Part shown: positions 27,659 through 39,900 of the stretch, piece by piece | Position numbering within the stretch: position 1 is the stretch's first letter | How the letters are laid out: every line of letters begins with the position of its first letter | Virus record (IMG/VR): IMGVR_UViG_3300031933_000215 | Location: 167,819-231,818 of that record | Length of the DNA stretch: 64,000 nt | Direction: 5' to 3' (one strand) | Translations under genes and position numbers: made by a program | Notes under the pieces: generated by a model | Databases searched by the model: none | Told to the model about the DNA's origin: nothing | What the model saw: the letters and a program-made list of their open reading frames with translations, nothing else

Positions 27659-29053
27659 CACTTGTCCAGTACAGTCGCTACCTGTACCCGGTGTGCTCAG
27701 ACACCTGCTCGCCGTTTCCGACGAGGTCAGACCATCTCATCTCCCGCAATTTAAACTGGTAGGGAGCTTCCCGTTTCGATTTAAAGGTCTTACCGTCAGC
27801 ACCATTCCACGCTGAGCGCCTACCGCTTGGTTCTACTCTACTTGCTTGAATGGTCATTACACCACCACTCGACTTTACACGAGTGTCACTCGGCACCTTC
27901 CGGTGCTGCAGCTTTCGATGGCCGTTGAACACGTCCCTCTGGAGGGATTTCGTAACGGATTGTCTTTTTCATCTCTTCGGGTAAATCAGAATAGTAACAG
28001 TAACGTTTATTGTCGCTGTATACCTTCTGACCTTTTGATCTCAACCTGTAATTCAATGCTGTTGGTTTTAATCCATTAACCTTACAGCAAACAGCCGCCG
28101 ATTCATACCACATCGGGGAATCCCAATCTGCGTCGAAACTGAAAACTACCTTACAGTTCATCCCATCTTGAAGTTCTTCGAATACATCAATAACTTCACG
28201 CCAAGGAACAGCGTTGTTGGAAAACTGAATCTGGTACAGTCCCGGTATAACCGGTTGGGTATGATCATTGGCCCATGTCCAAACCGTAGGTAATTTATAA
28301 CCTACGTAAGGAAGTACATCGGAAAGTTTTTCATAGACCGTGGTGGTGTTGGTTCTTAAATCTTTGAGTAACACAAGTCGAGCACGACCAACCTGTATTT
28401 TCTCAGCGGGCGGCCAGGGATCGGAACTACTTACCCGATAACGCTTACCCTCCGGCCATACGCATTCAGAGCCACGTTCCAATCTACCGTGTATCGAGTA
28501 GCGGTTAACACCGGTGGCTTTTGAACACACGCCAATGGAGGGATAGGTAACAACAACACCACTTTCATGGTCCATTACGTCAACTGGAATTGATTCTTTT
28601 TTCTTACCCCCGTTCTTCCAGTGTTCGACGTTTTCTTTTTGAGTACACCACTCAAGGTTATCTTTCCAATCGTTCCCCGGAATGTGGTCTTTGTGATTAA
28701 CCACATGCTCATCCAAGTTACCTTCGGGTAATGGAAGATGTGCAAGGGCCACAGCGCGGTGACGCTTTATCCCTTGTCGTTCGCCTTCATCGTTCACCAA
28801 GATAGTGTAACGATAACCACGAACATCACTGGACGTCCGTAAGGGTTTTCCGGTTTTCAGGTTGAATAACCTAGCGTCAGACGTAACTCCGTAACGACTG
28901 AAACCAGGAATTGGTTTTATGTCCAACATAACTACACCATAAGTTTTAAACCTATAGCATATGTCAAACAACTTCACCGAAGTTCAGAATTAAGAGTTCT
29001 CCGTTTTAGGGAAGTTTTCGATCAGGGTTTCCCCTGAAAGGGACTATTTGTTA
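27659..29053 (-). mobile_element. Group I self-splicing intron (IA-like, large P7.1/P7.2 extension)
   Basis: P1 GGAU|UA with UAGUCC (U.G at the splice site); P3 CUUCCC/GGGAAG; P4 AACGGA/UCCGUU; P7 GGCCA/UGGUC; P8 CUCCC/GGGAG; P9 GAAA tetraloop; terminal G at 27659. Splicing restores the reading frame. Confidence 0.9.
27886..28977 (-). CDS. Intron-encoded NUMOD4-HNH homing endonuclease with NUMOD1-like C-terminal repeats
   Basis: PIPGFSRYGVTSDARL, HRAVALAHL, VNHKDHIPGND...NLEWCTQKEN motifs; AT-rich. The true start may be a downstream ATG. Confidence 0.88.
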   Translation of the reverse strand: MKLFDICYRFKTYGVVMLDIKPIPGFSRYGVTSDARLFNLKTGKPLRTSSDVRGYRYTILVNDEGERQGIKRHRAVALAHLPLPEGNLDEHVVNHKDHIPGNDWKDNLEWCTQKENVEHWKNGGKKKESIPVDVMDHESGVVVTYPSIGVCSKATGVNRYSIHGRLERGSECVWPEGKRYRVSSSDPWPPAEKIQVGRARLVLLKDLRTNTTTVYEKLSDVLPYVGYKLPTVWTWANDHTQPVIPGLYQIQFSNNAVPWREVIDVFEELQDGMNCKVVFSFDADWDSPMWYESAAVCCKVNGLKPTALNYRLRSKGQKVYSDNKRYCYYSDLPEEMKKTIRYEIPPEGRVQRPSKAAAPEGAE

Positions 29054-32000
29054 ATCCGTTTCGGATCGTCGTGGTCCACCGTGGGTGCCAGCAGGGCCGA
29101 GCTGGACAACAGCTTGGTCGCCCCGTCCGTGTCTTTATTAAAGCGACGGGTGGTGCCGCGCAGGTTTTCGATGTTGGCGTCCGGTGAGAGGTAAGCAATC
29201 ACCCCTACATCACCTGAGTCCACGGTGGATTCACTGACCACCCCCACATCGCTGTCGTGATAGATCCGGGTGTTCTCCACCATGGACTGTGCCCCACGAC
29301 CACCATCACCACGGTACGTCATGGCTTCCTGCTCGCGCAGGTTGGCAATCGGGTTGGAGTCTTCCACAATGGCCACCGACGGGTCTTGGACGATCTTCTG
29401 CCACACCGCGTGCGGGTTCAGTTCCACCGCGTTCTCCCCCACACTGGCACGGGCGTTGAAGGTTTTGGCCGCCCGGGTCAATTCCCCGTAGACCATGCCC
29501 GCCAAACGCTCGTAACCCCGGTACCGCATGTATTCACCACTGACCTCTTCCGGTGAGAAATCGGTCTGCAGCAATTCCACGGCCCGCAGTAGGAGTGGTA
29601 GGAACTCGGTGGGCTCGCCCATGTCTTCCAACAGACCCCGAGTGATCGGGTCCACCCACGCTTGGAACAACGTGTCCATCTCCCGCAGGTAACGAACGCC
29701 CAAACCGGCATCCTCGACCACCCGGTAAAAGACGTCCTTGCGATCAAAGTCCCACACCGAGTATTGCTTCAGTGTTTGGTGGTACCGGTTAAGACCGGCC
29801 AAGACCATGGTGGCCCGTTGATCCAGTCGGGAGAATACCAACACCTCGTCTTCGAAGATCAACGTGTACTCGTCGGATTGCGTCTGCCGTCGCTCACCAC
29901 GTCGCAGGCGGTTTACTTCACAGCCCAGGTACTTGATCAGTTCCGACAGGCCTAGGTGGTATGCCAACACGAACCCAATGGGGAACGTTTTGTTGGCAAT
30001 GCCCATTTCCACGATTTCCAGCGGGGCCTTCTGACTGTCAATGCCCAGCAGGTCGTGCACCGTACCAATGACCTCCATGCCATCGTTAGTCATGACATAA
30101 AAGGTGTTGTACGCGTCCACCACCAACGGATAGCGGTTGTACATACCCACCAGCACCTGCTGATCGGTTTCCACCTCAGCCACGTCAATGCCGTAGGTGT
30201 CTTTGAAATGCTCCGCCCGTCGTTGGTAGTCAAAGTAGAGTTCGTAGTTCCCGGCGTCGAACCGGACAAACCGTTTGGCCAACAAGCTGTAGATCCGTGG
30301 CAGGTGTTCGGTCTTCACAAACACGTTCGACAGCTTCAGGTTGGTGATGGTTTCGTTTTCCGGGTCCATGCCACGAGACGTGATCTGTTTGATCAACCAT
30401 TTCTCGTAGTTGTTCACGCTCCGTTCGGAACGGTCGATGAAAGTCTTATTGTAGTAAGACGTCAACGCCACCCGAGACGGGTTCACCTTTCGGATCGGAA
30501 CGTCGGCCCGTTGCAGACGCATTCGGTTAGTAACACCGTTGGAAATAAAGCGTCCGTCTTTGTCCACCACCGGCAGTCGAAAGCGGATGGTCGACTGGCG
30601 ACCTCGAACCGGTTTCAAGGTCACGGCATGGATCTCATAGTGGTTCATGGTATCGCGAACCGTTTCCACCGTGTAGTCCTTAATGGCCACGCCCTGATTT
30701 TGGACGGCCATGACCGAACTGATGACATCTTTCTTCAGTACGTCCTTAACGTACTTGCGTTGGATACCTTTCAGCTTGGATTCCCGCATGGACTTGTCGG
30801 GAATTGTGTCGGTGTCCGGTACCGGTGTGGGTTCCGGCAGCTCCAAATCCTCAGCACTGACCGTCAACATCTCGGACATCGACCGGCCGGAGCCGTACGG
30901 GTCTTTCAGAGACTGGTACGTTTTCGCGTCTTCAAGGGTACGCTCGTACGCACGGGCGGACATCAGTCCCGCTTCATGCAATTCAAACGCCCGCTTGGCA
31001 ATGCCATCAACCAGTCCTTCCTCAAAGCTGGGCGGCTCAGTGATGCTTTCCACCGGCCCGGTTTCCTCAGCCGGCAAGGTCACCGTTTTCTCAGACTCGC
31101 GCTCCCGCTGTTCGGGAAGTTCGTTGGAATCAAAGACCGGCGTTTCAATGTCACTGACTGGTTCAGGCAACACGATGTCGTCGTCCTCAAACTCCGGCAA
31201 CAATAAATCGTCGTCGTTGTCTTCGCTGACAGACGAGGCCTTGTCCGCCTTGGACTTACTGTCATCCTCAGTGGGTTCGGTTTCAGCCACCTCAACCGTC
31301 TGGGTTTCTTTGGGGTCGGCAGGGTTCTCACCAACCTGAGCGTCGTCTTCCTCGGCGCTGTCTTCGGGTGTGGTTACACCACTCATGAAGTCCCGAAGGC
31401 CATGTAGTAACCGCAGGAAGTACCGCTGCATCTGAGTACCGTCGAGGCCGGTATCGGAATCGTCCTCAGGGTTTTTCCGCCAGTCATCCAACACTCCCAG
31501 GTTGATCACGAAGAAATACCCTTTGAGTTTGACCAGCAAGTTGACCTTCTTCAAAGCGTCGTCGGACAGTACAGACAGGTTGGACTTCTCGCGCTCTTCC
31601 CCCATCCACTGCCACAGATCCAACAGGTTGAACTGCGCCTGGGTGTTGAACAACTCCAACGTCTTCTGGTTCAGGGTCCGACTGGCCCGTTTGAACTCTT
31701 CCAGGGTGGGGAGACGTTCCGGCAGGTGCAGGTCCAAATACTGGTTCCACCCAAACCGACGGTCAGCCTCGGCCACGCGGTTCCAGAACGTCTGGGCCAC
31801 GTTGTTCCAGCGGAAGTAAGGCACCTTGTACGACGGGATGTACCGATACAGCGATGACAGCATGCCGTAATTCACAATCAACACGTTGCGGGTGTTGATG
31901 GTCAGCGCCTGTTCCTTACGCAGGGGTTTGAAACCCCGGGTCTTACGACGGAACTCGTTCTGCAACATGGTGGGGTTCAGTACAGTCCGGCGCGGGTTAC

Positions 32001-32232
32001 CTTCGCGTCCGTCCAGTTCGGTGACGTGTTCAATGAACAGTCGTCCGTTCACATTGCTGAGCAGGGGGTCTTGAGGATTCGGGCCCATGGTGGCGGTGTC
32101 CACCGGCCAGAAGTGGTACACCACCTCGTACGGTAGAATGAGCTTTTCCATGGGAATCAGGCGAGGGCGCATGAGATGGTTGCGTTGCCTCACGCCGGTT
32201 TGACGGTAAAAGACCGATTGTTTTAAACGCAT
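29054..32232 (-). CDS. rpoB: Virion RNA polymerase beta subunit N-terminal gene (phiKZ gp178-like), exon 1
   Basis: Ends ...SESTVDSGDVG...HDDPKR (bacterial DDANR). Spliced product is 1438 aa by coordinate arithmetic. Confidence 0.9.
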
Positions 32233-32242
32233 GTCAACTACC

Positions 32243-33883
32243 TTATTGTGGGCCTGTCATAAAACGCATGGCCAGCGCGACGGTGTGGACGTTCACACTG
32301 AACGCCAGACCACCACCGGCCCGCAAATACGCGGCTCGGGTTTTGAAATACCGTTCCGCCTCTTCAGCGGCTTCTTTGGAGTACGCCGACAGTACCGAGA
32401 CGGTGTCGCCATCAAAGTCGGCGCCCAAAGGACCCAAACGACTGGGGTTGACCGACGTGGAGTCGTGGTACTGTGGTGTTTCGTTGGGTGGGAAGACTGG
32501 AAACTCCAACGCCACGTAGTCATCGCCCTTGCGTTCGAAGTTCTCGTCCAACTCGTAGCGCATTTCCCCCGTCACCGTGGTCTTCACGTACATGCGACAG
32601 GGAATGGAGGACATGAAGTTTTCGACCGGGTAGCGAGTTACGAACGCGTGGTTCTTGTTCCACATGCTCACGCCACTGAGGTAGATCAACTCCAGGTACG
32701 TGGTGGGACGAACCCGTTTGGGGTCGAGGCCTTCGGGAAGATCATCGATGCTGCGCATGATCTTGTAGTTTTCTTGATCGTCAGTGTAAATTAACGCCAA
32801 GTAATGGTCGGCCACTTTCACCGGCTGATGACGTTTCTCCACCACCGACAGTTCGTGGACCACTTTTTCCAGTCCCTCGTCAGTGCCCCACCGATCGATG
32901 TCTTCGTTTGCCACTTCCACCCATGTCCGTTTCAGGGTCTTGGGTTCTACCAGTTCGACGTTGTTCGCCTCAGTCTGGAAGATCTCACCGACCACACCCG
33001 TCTTCAAGGCATAAATGACTTTGGGTAACACGCACTTGGAGGCTTGATACAGCCCAACCACCACGTCGTTAAACTGAGGTCGGTTGCGTGCATCCAGATC
33101 CACCGCTGACGTATCCAAGGAGGACAGAACATTTCGAGTGGTATTGAAGACCCGACGCGAAGCCCAACGTCGTTGAATGAAACCGCCTTTACCGGAGAGC
33201 AGTTTCTCAAAGTGCTCGTACAGCTCCACCAACCGAAGGGTCAGACTGTAACGGGTCCGGTCGTACAGACTCAGGTCGTCGCGGGCCGTCACTCGATCGG
33301 GTAGGGTCCGGGTCAACATCAACACCTTTTGATAGATTTCGTTCACCTCGTCCATGGACAACCGACCGGTGGCGTCGATTTCGGCATCTCGCAGGCCCGC
33401 TGGCAGAACCAACAATTTGTCAAGGAACGCTTTGTCCCGGTATTTGTCCACCAACGTCACCCGAAGGTCACGGATCGCCGATCCGGTTTTCTTGGGCTTC
33501 AGGACTTCCCAGTGTGAGGTGAAGAAGGCGTACCCGGTTTGACCGTCCAATTCAGTGGCCTTTTCAAAGTCGCCGATTTCGGGGTTGAACTTGGCGTAGG
33601 CGCGACCGGACAGAATGTCGCCGTACAGCGATTTCAATTTTACCAGACGGGTGTACACCACCGGGTGCATGATGGGAATCTTGACGTCGATGTAACCAAA
33701 CCGCCGATCTCGATCTGGATCGCCAACACGGCCAAAGGTTTGCGTGGAAAACAAACCATCTTCGTGGAAGTTCCCTCCAGGACCGTCAATGATGTCCAAC
33801 GTCGTCACCGGACGAAGCATTCGCAACTGTTCCGGTGTCGGGACCAGTAGGTCCAGATTCAATGGTAGCAATGCTTTTTTCAT
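32243..33883 (-). CDS. rpoC: Virion RNA polymerase beta-prime subunit carrying the catalytic site (phiKZ gp180-like)
   Basis: DGLFSTQTFG, FGYI...HP, LVLPAGLRD, LLSGKGGFIQ, TRYP and GADFDGD motifs. Confidence 0.93.
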   Translation of the reverse strand: MKKALLPLNLDLLVPTPEQLRMLRPVTTLDIIDGPGGNFHEDGLFSTQTFGRVGDPDRDRRFGYIDVKIPIMHPVVYTRLVKLKSLYGDILSGRAYAKFNPEIGDFEKATELDGQTGYAFFTSHWEVLKPKKTGSAIRDLRVTLVDKYRDKAFLDKLLVLPAGLRDAEIDATGRLSMDEVNEIYQKVLMLTRTLPDRVTARDDLSLYDRTRYSLTLRLVELYEHFEKLLSGKGGFIQRRWASRRVFNTTRNVLSSLDTSAVDLDARNRPQFNDVVVGLYQASKCVLPKVIYALKTGVVGEIFQTEANNVELVEPKTLKRTWVEVANEDIDRWGTDEGLEKVVHELSVVEKRHQPVKVADHYLALIYTDDQENYKIMRSIDDLPEGLDPKRVRPTTYLELIYLSGVSMWNKNHAFVTRYPVENFMSSIPCRMYVKTTVTGEMRYELDENFERKGDDYVALEFPVFPPNETPQYHDSTSVNPSRLGPLGADFDGDTVSVLSAYSKEAAEEAERYFKTRAAYLRAGGGLAFSVNVHTVALAMRFMTGPQ

Positions 33884-33974
33884 GTCAATGCCTTTTTGTG
33901 TTTACCGTTTCTAAGGCAAGGTTCCCAAGCCGCAGAACGATATGACTCATTTACCCAAACCATGAGGTTATATC

Positions 33975-36900
33975 ATGGCAGACAAACGTAAAGATCTCGC
34001 CGATGACGAGTTCGCCCTTCCTTCTTTGGATCTGGACGATCTCGACGACGGTTTTGATATACCGGACCAACCCGAAGGTCCGGTTCGTAAATTCACGGTG
34101 AACTTCAAACGTGGGTTTTTGGAGCAAACCAAAACCCGCACCATGATGCGTAACTTCCTACGGGGTGCACTGCCCGACGGGTATTCCCGGGCAATGGCGG
34201 GGGCGGAAACCGCATGGGAAGAAGGGGCGGACATCGCCCGCAGTGTCGCTGAACACGCCGACGATGACCTAGAGACCATTGCTTCGAAGACTGAGCAACT
34301 ACTGCCTAAACTGAAGCGGTTTGCGCCGAAGCGGGCGTACGACAAGATCGAGTCCCGGGTCAGCGATGCCCGGAAGGGTTTTGCCAGCCGTGACCGTCGG
34401 ACCCTGTCCCAGCTTCAAGAAGAAAGCAAGGCCAACGAAGAAGCCGAAATTCTAAGGCAAGCGTTGGAGGGACTGGACGAGTCCTACCGTGAGGAAGCTC
34501 AGACCAGTGAGCAATCCGCTCAACGTCGGTTTGAGTCTGAACGGATTGAACGGTCCATCCACGAACAAATCAAGCGTGGTCAAATCGACGGCATCAACCG
34601 TCAGTTGGGTGCCATTCGTGGATCGGTTGAGCATCAGGTTACCTACCAAGACCAGATCACGTACCGGTATCAGCGCAAGTCTCTGGAGATGCAGTACCGC
34701 AGCTATTTCGTGCTGCGTGATCTGCGGAGCTATGCCGACGCCACCAAGAAGCTGCACGAAAACGCCTACTCCGCCATTGTTCACAACACCGGCTTGCCGG
34801 ATCATGCCAAAACCACCCAAGCCGAACGGGTTCGGTTCGGGATGCAGGACCGGACGTCCAGTGCGATCAGCGGTATGATGTCTCAGACGTTGGCCGAGTA
34901 CATGGCCAACTACCTACCGCAGTTGAAAGAGAACATCAAAGACAAGGCTATCTCGGGTGTCCGTGGTGTTGGGTCTATGCTCTCAATGGGTGGTCCGCCG
35001 ATTACCTCTGAGACCATTGGTCGGATGGCCGGCAGTGAAGCGTCCGAACAGGCACAGCGTTACGCCATTCCATTCCTGTCGCGCCTGGCCCGACCGTTTA
35101 TGCGGAAGGCCAGTGATCGCATGGGTGGTTATGACCACCTGGCGAACTACGCCATGAATAACGCTGGGTCCATGATCCAGGACTACACGCAGGATCTGAA
35201 CAACACCGCCGGCTGGCGGGGTATGCTCAAGAACGCGGTACGTTCGGTTGCACCCAGTTATTTCTTGGATGACCAGATCAAGGACGGTTCCTATCAAACC
35301 ATTGACCGGGAGGCGGCGTTTAACCAGCTGACCCAGCGGTCGATTGTGGACATCATTCCTGGGTATCTGTCTCGACTGTTACACGAAACCCGAATGATGC
35401 GAACCGGTCGGGACGATTTGGACCGGGAAGTCTACGACGTTACCTCCGGTAAGTTCAGCGGCTTTAAAGAAGCCAAAGCCAACGCCCGCAAACGGGTGGT
35501 CACCGAAGTCCAGCGTCAGAACATCAACAACACCCTCGATGAGGTGATTGGCAGTTACGATGGGGACGGGGAGCTATCACCCCAAGCACAAGAAGCGTTG
35601 CGTGAACGTCTGCTCCGAGACGCGGCCCGAGGCGGGCGGTTCGATGCCCGTCAGTACGCCGAAGGTGGGTACAGTGCCGATACGGACGAAGAGACCGTAG
35701 AAGAACTGACCTCGTTCTTCAAGAATCGGTTTGAGTTTGACAGCAACGGCCGTCTGGTTCGCAGTAAGGACAACTTCGAGCGGTTGGATGCGTACTCCAA
35801 TGCGTTCTTGGAGTTGAGAAACGTCGTACCCGACCCACGGGGCGAACTGCGCCGTCTCCACGGGGCCGGCTCGCAAGAAATGCTGCGGGAACTGGGTCTG
35901 ATTGACAGCAAGCACGGGGTCGATCGGATTAACTACGACCGCATTTGGGAACTGTACCGCAGCGGTGACCCGGTTGTTGACCCGGAACCGCCTGAGATGG
36001 GTACCGGTGGTGGACCCACCACCCCACCAAACGACTCGCCGAGTTTCCGTCAAAAGCTTAACGACCGCGTAAGGAACGCGGGGGATGTCCTCAGTACACG
36101 GATCAATGAGGCTCGGGAACACGACTGGAAAGGGACGGCTCAGGCCGGTCGGGACGCGTTGAATCGTCGGGTAGATACCGTCCGGGAAAAATCAAAGGGC
36201 ATGGGTTTTAACCCCGATGTGTTCAGTAAGTTCCAACCGGTCACCGACACCTCCATGTCGTTTGTGACCAGCCAGGTCAATAAAGCAAAGGACGCTTTCA
36301 CACCCGTTGGGGATGTCTACAACGGACTGCGGGAGCAACCGTTGCTGTTGGGACGTGACCTACAGGCCGGCAATTACATTGACGTAAACACCGGTAATGT
36401 GATTCGTTCCCTGAAAGACGTTACTGGGGAGATTCGCAACCGTTCAGGCTGGGTGGTGGCCACCGCCGCCGACTTGGCCGGGGACCTGCAGGACAGTACC
36501 GGCCGGTCACTGAAGAGCAGCATGATCGCCGATGCGATGGAGCGTGGTCAAGGAATTGCCGGAAGCTTCGGACGCGGCGTACGCAGCCAGGTTCAAGACT
36601 GGGCCGCCAAAGTCAACGAGCTTAAGGACATTTACCTACCCAATCGCGAAGAGCCGTTGATGTTGGCTCGCGACATCAAGGCCGGTAAGTACTACGATGT
36701 CAACAGCGGGGAACGCATTGAAACCGCCGATGACATCACCGGGGAAGTCAAGGATGAAGACGGCAACACGGTTGTGACCCCCGAGGAGTATGAAACCGGT
36801 TTGGTGGACAACGAAGGTCGCTCTGTAAAGAGTGGTCGCGCCAAAGCGTTCATGAGTCGGTACCTGTCGATCACCACCGCCCCTGGTAAACTTCTGGGTC

Positions 36901-39900
36901 GTGTGGGTATGACGGCCGGCCGTGCGGCTGCCCGTGGTGTGGGTCGTCTGTTGAAAGGTAAGGACCGCGACGCGTATTTGCCTGGTGAAGACGAACCGCG
37001 CATTACGGTTCAAGGTCTGAAGCGCGGACAGTACTTCGATGCGGAGAGTGGCGACGCCATTACGTCGTTCGATGCCATTAAAGGTGGTGTGGTCGATGCC
37101 GACGGTAACATGATTCTCAGCGCTGAAGAGCGCCAAGAACTGGTTACAGCTGGCGGTAAGAAACACCGGGCCGCTCAAGGCATCGTACGTCGAATGATTC
37201 GGGCGGGTACCACTGGACTGGCTAAGAAGGCTGCGGGTGCTTACTGGAACTGGACCAAGAACTATTACCGGAAGCTTCCGGGTCGCTTGGCCAAACTACC
37301 CAAAGTGCCTGGAAAGATCGGGTCGTTCCTTACGGCCAAGCCCCTTCGAGATAAAGTTGGGGAGTGGCTGAACGACGATGAGGAGGAGGTTCCAGAAGAT
37401 GCGGCGAAGACACCAACGGATGGTCTGCTCAAACGCATTCTGAAAACGTTGGACAAACGCCTGCCGGACGAAGATCCGGAGAAAGGGTCGTGGCAGAGTA
37501 TCCTGGCCCGCCGGAAGAAGGAGGACAAGGAAGAAGCGGCAGAGGAGGAATCCGAAAAGCGCGAAGGCAGTCTACTCAAGCGCCTCTTCGGTGGTGTCGG
37601 TGGCCTACTGGGCGCTGGCGGTCGCTGGGACGAAGAAGAGGAGGAGGAAGAAGACGATGGCGACATCAACGCGTACGGCGAGTACAACGGGGGTGACAAG
37701 GAAGACAAGGACCGTAAGAAACGCCGGAATCGTCGGAATCGTTCGCGCAAACCCCGAGGCAAGATCGGTCGTTTGTGGCAGGGTGCTAAGAACCTCGCCA
37801 AAGGCGGTTGGGACAAAGTTAAAGGCCTGGGACGCAGCGTGGCTGGGTCGAAATGGGGTGCTCGCGCACTGAACGTCGGGAAGTCGTTCCTCGGACCCAA
37901 AGGCTGGCTGGCACGGGGTGCCATGGCCGCTGGCAGTGCCATCGCTGGCGCGATCACGGCACCTGTGGCGATCACCGCTGCGGTGGTTGGTGGTGTGGCC
38001 GTGGGCGGTTACATGTACTACAAGAAGCGCAAGCGTGCTTCCGGTGTATTCCGGGAACTGCGCCTCACGCAGTACGGTTTCTCACCCAACGGCTGGAGCA
38101 ACCCTGGCAAGGTCCTGGACATTGAGGACGTTCTGTCTCCGGGTGTGGTTCACCAGTCATCCGGTATGCCCAAACTGGAACTGAACAAAATCGACATGGA
38201 AAAACTCTTCGAAGTCTCAGGGGTTGATAAGGACGACGAAGAGGAGGTGGCGGTATTCGCTGGTTGGTTGGAACATCGTTTCAAACCGATCTTCTTAGCG
38301 TACAATCACGCGCTGGCGGAGCTGGCACCGGAAGTCACCATTCAGGAACTGGATGACAAACTGCCCAAAGAAAAGGGTATGAAGTTCTTGGATATGGTTA
38401 CGTTCAAGGATAATGAGAACAGCCCATACCTGTACATGCACGATCCGTTCGATCCCGGCGATACCGTAGGGATAGACATGGACGACATCAAGGATCGCAT
38501 CGAAGAAGTGAAGGAGGTGTACAAGGAACACGACGAGGACGGGTCGTCCACCGCTGGGAAGACAGCCGTTGCAGCGGCAACCAGTGGCGCGTCGGCCAAT
38601 GCCAGACGGCGCGTCAGAGACCGAGCAACACAGACGGCGAACCGCCAAAACGGCCTCAGTGGAATCAACCCCGAGGACATCAAGCCGTACCAGTTCAATC
38701 GTGGTCGCGGTGGTGCCAATCGGGCCGTTGCGGCTGCTGGCGGCGGTGTGGTTACCATTGCTTCTACTACCGGCAGTGGGCCCGCCGGGTTCGGTAAGCC
38801 CAGTGGGATGCAAAGTCAAACCACCGACATTGCCATCACTCCACTTCAGGCCCTACGTCTACGGGCGTACGGGTTTGGCTCGGATCTGGACCAACCCACC
38901 GCCGAAGCGTTGCTGGCACTGGAAGACCGAGTATTTGACGGTGTGACGGTGCAGCGCAGTGGTAATGGTTCACGCATGTCGTTCAGTTTGAAACCACGCG
39001 AACTGTTTGATTGGTGGCAAGAGCATTACCCGAATGTGCCGGTGGTCTCCGGTCACGAAGGGCCGTTCCGATTCGGTGTCTGGTTACAGAAGAAGATGGG
39101 ACAAGTGGTGAAAGAGTATGTCCAAGGGGTCCTACAAACAGGCACCACCGAAAACTACGCCACGGCGGAGTTGGACATGACCATGGACCAGAAGCTTCAG
39201 GTCGCCACTCGAATCGTGAACATGCGGGTCATTCGGGGTAGCGGTACCGACCGCTACACGCAAAACATCTGGCAAACCCACGATTACATTCAGGCAGAAG
39301 AACCGGATTGGCAAGAGGTCGCTAAACTGGCCGAGGTCGATTACGAGTTCATGAAACGTGTCGCTAAGGAGGTGAAAGAGAAGCCACAAGCAAAAGCCGC
39401 TGAAGCTACTCAAAGTCAAGCCAACGATACCAGTCGTCAACAAAAGCCCCGGGACATCCATGGGCAACCGACCGGTATTGGTACGCGTCCAAACCCAACC
39501 CAGCGTGGTGGGGGCGGTCGTCCGTCATGGACCTCAGACGGCGGACCCATGTGGCAGCAGTACATGCCCAAGGGTCAGGTACAGATGAAAGGAAATGTGT
39601 TTGACGGGTTCACCAAAGGCAACGGCGGGGTGTGGGAGACCATCCCAATGCCTCGCAGTAATAAGTCCATGGAAGCGGCGATTCCGACACTGAGTGCGGT
39701 TGCCCAAATGACGGGTGTCGATCTTGGTATTTTGGTCACGTTCGTGTCCATCGAGTCGGCGTTCGATTATCTGGTCACGGCCCCAACGTCCAGTGCGACA
39801 GGGTGGTTCCAGTTCATCAACGCGACTTGGGATCAGATGCTGAACGAGCACGGAAGTAAGTACCAATTGCCAGCCGACGACGGCCAGCGGTCGCTTCGTA

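Noticed and set aside
26521-32232. vRNAP beta as a broken or pseudogenised gene
   Set aside because: The break is fully explained by a group I intron whose removal restores the frame.
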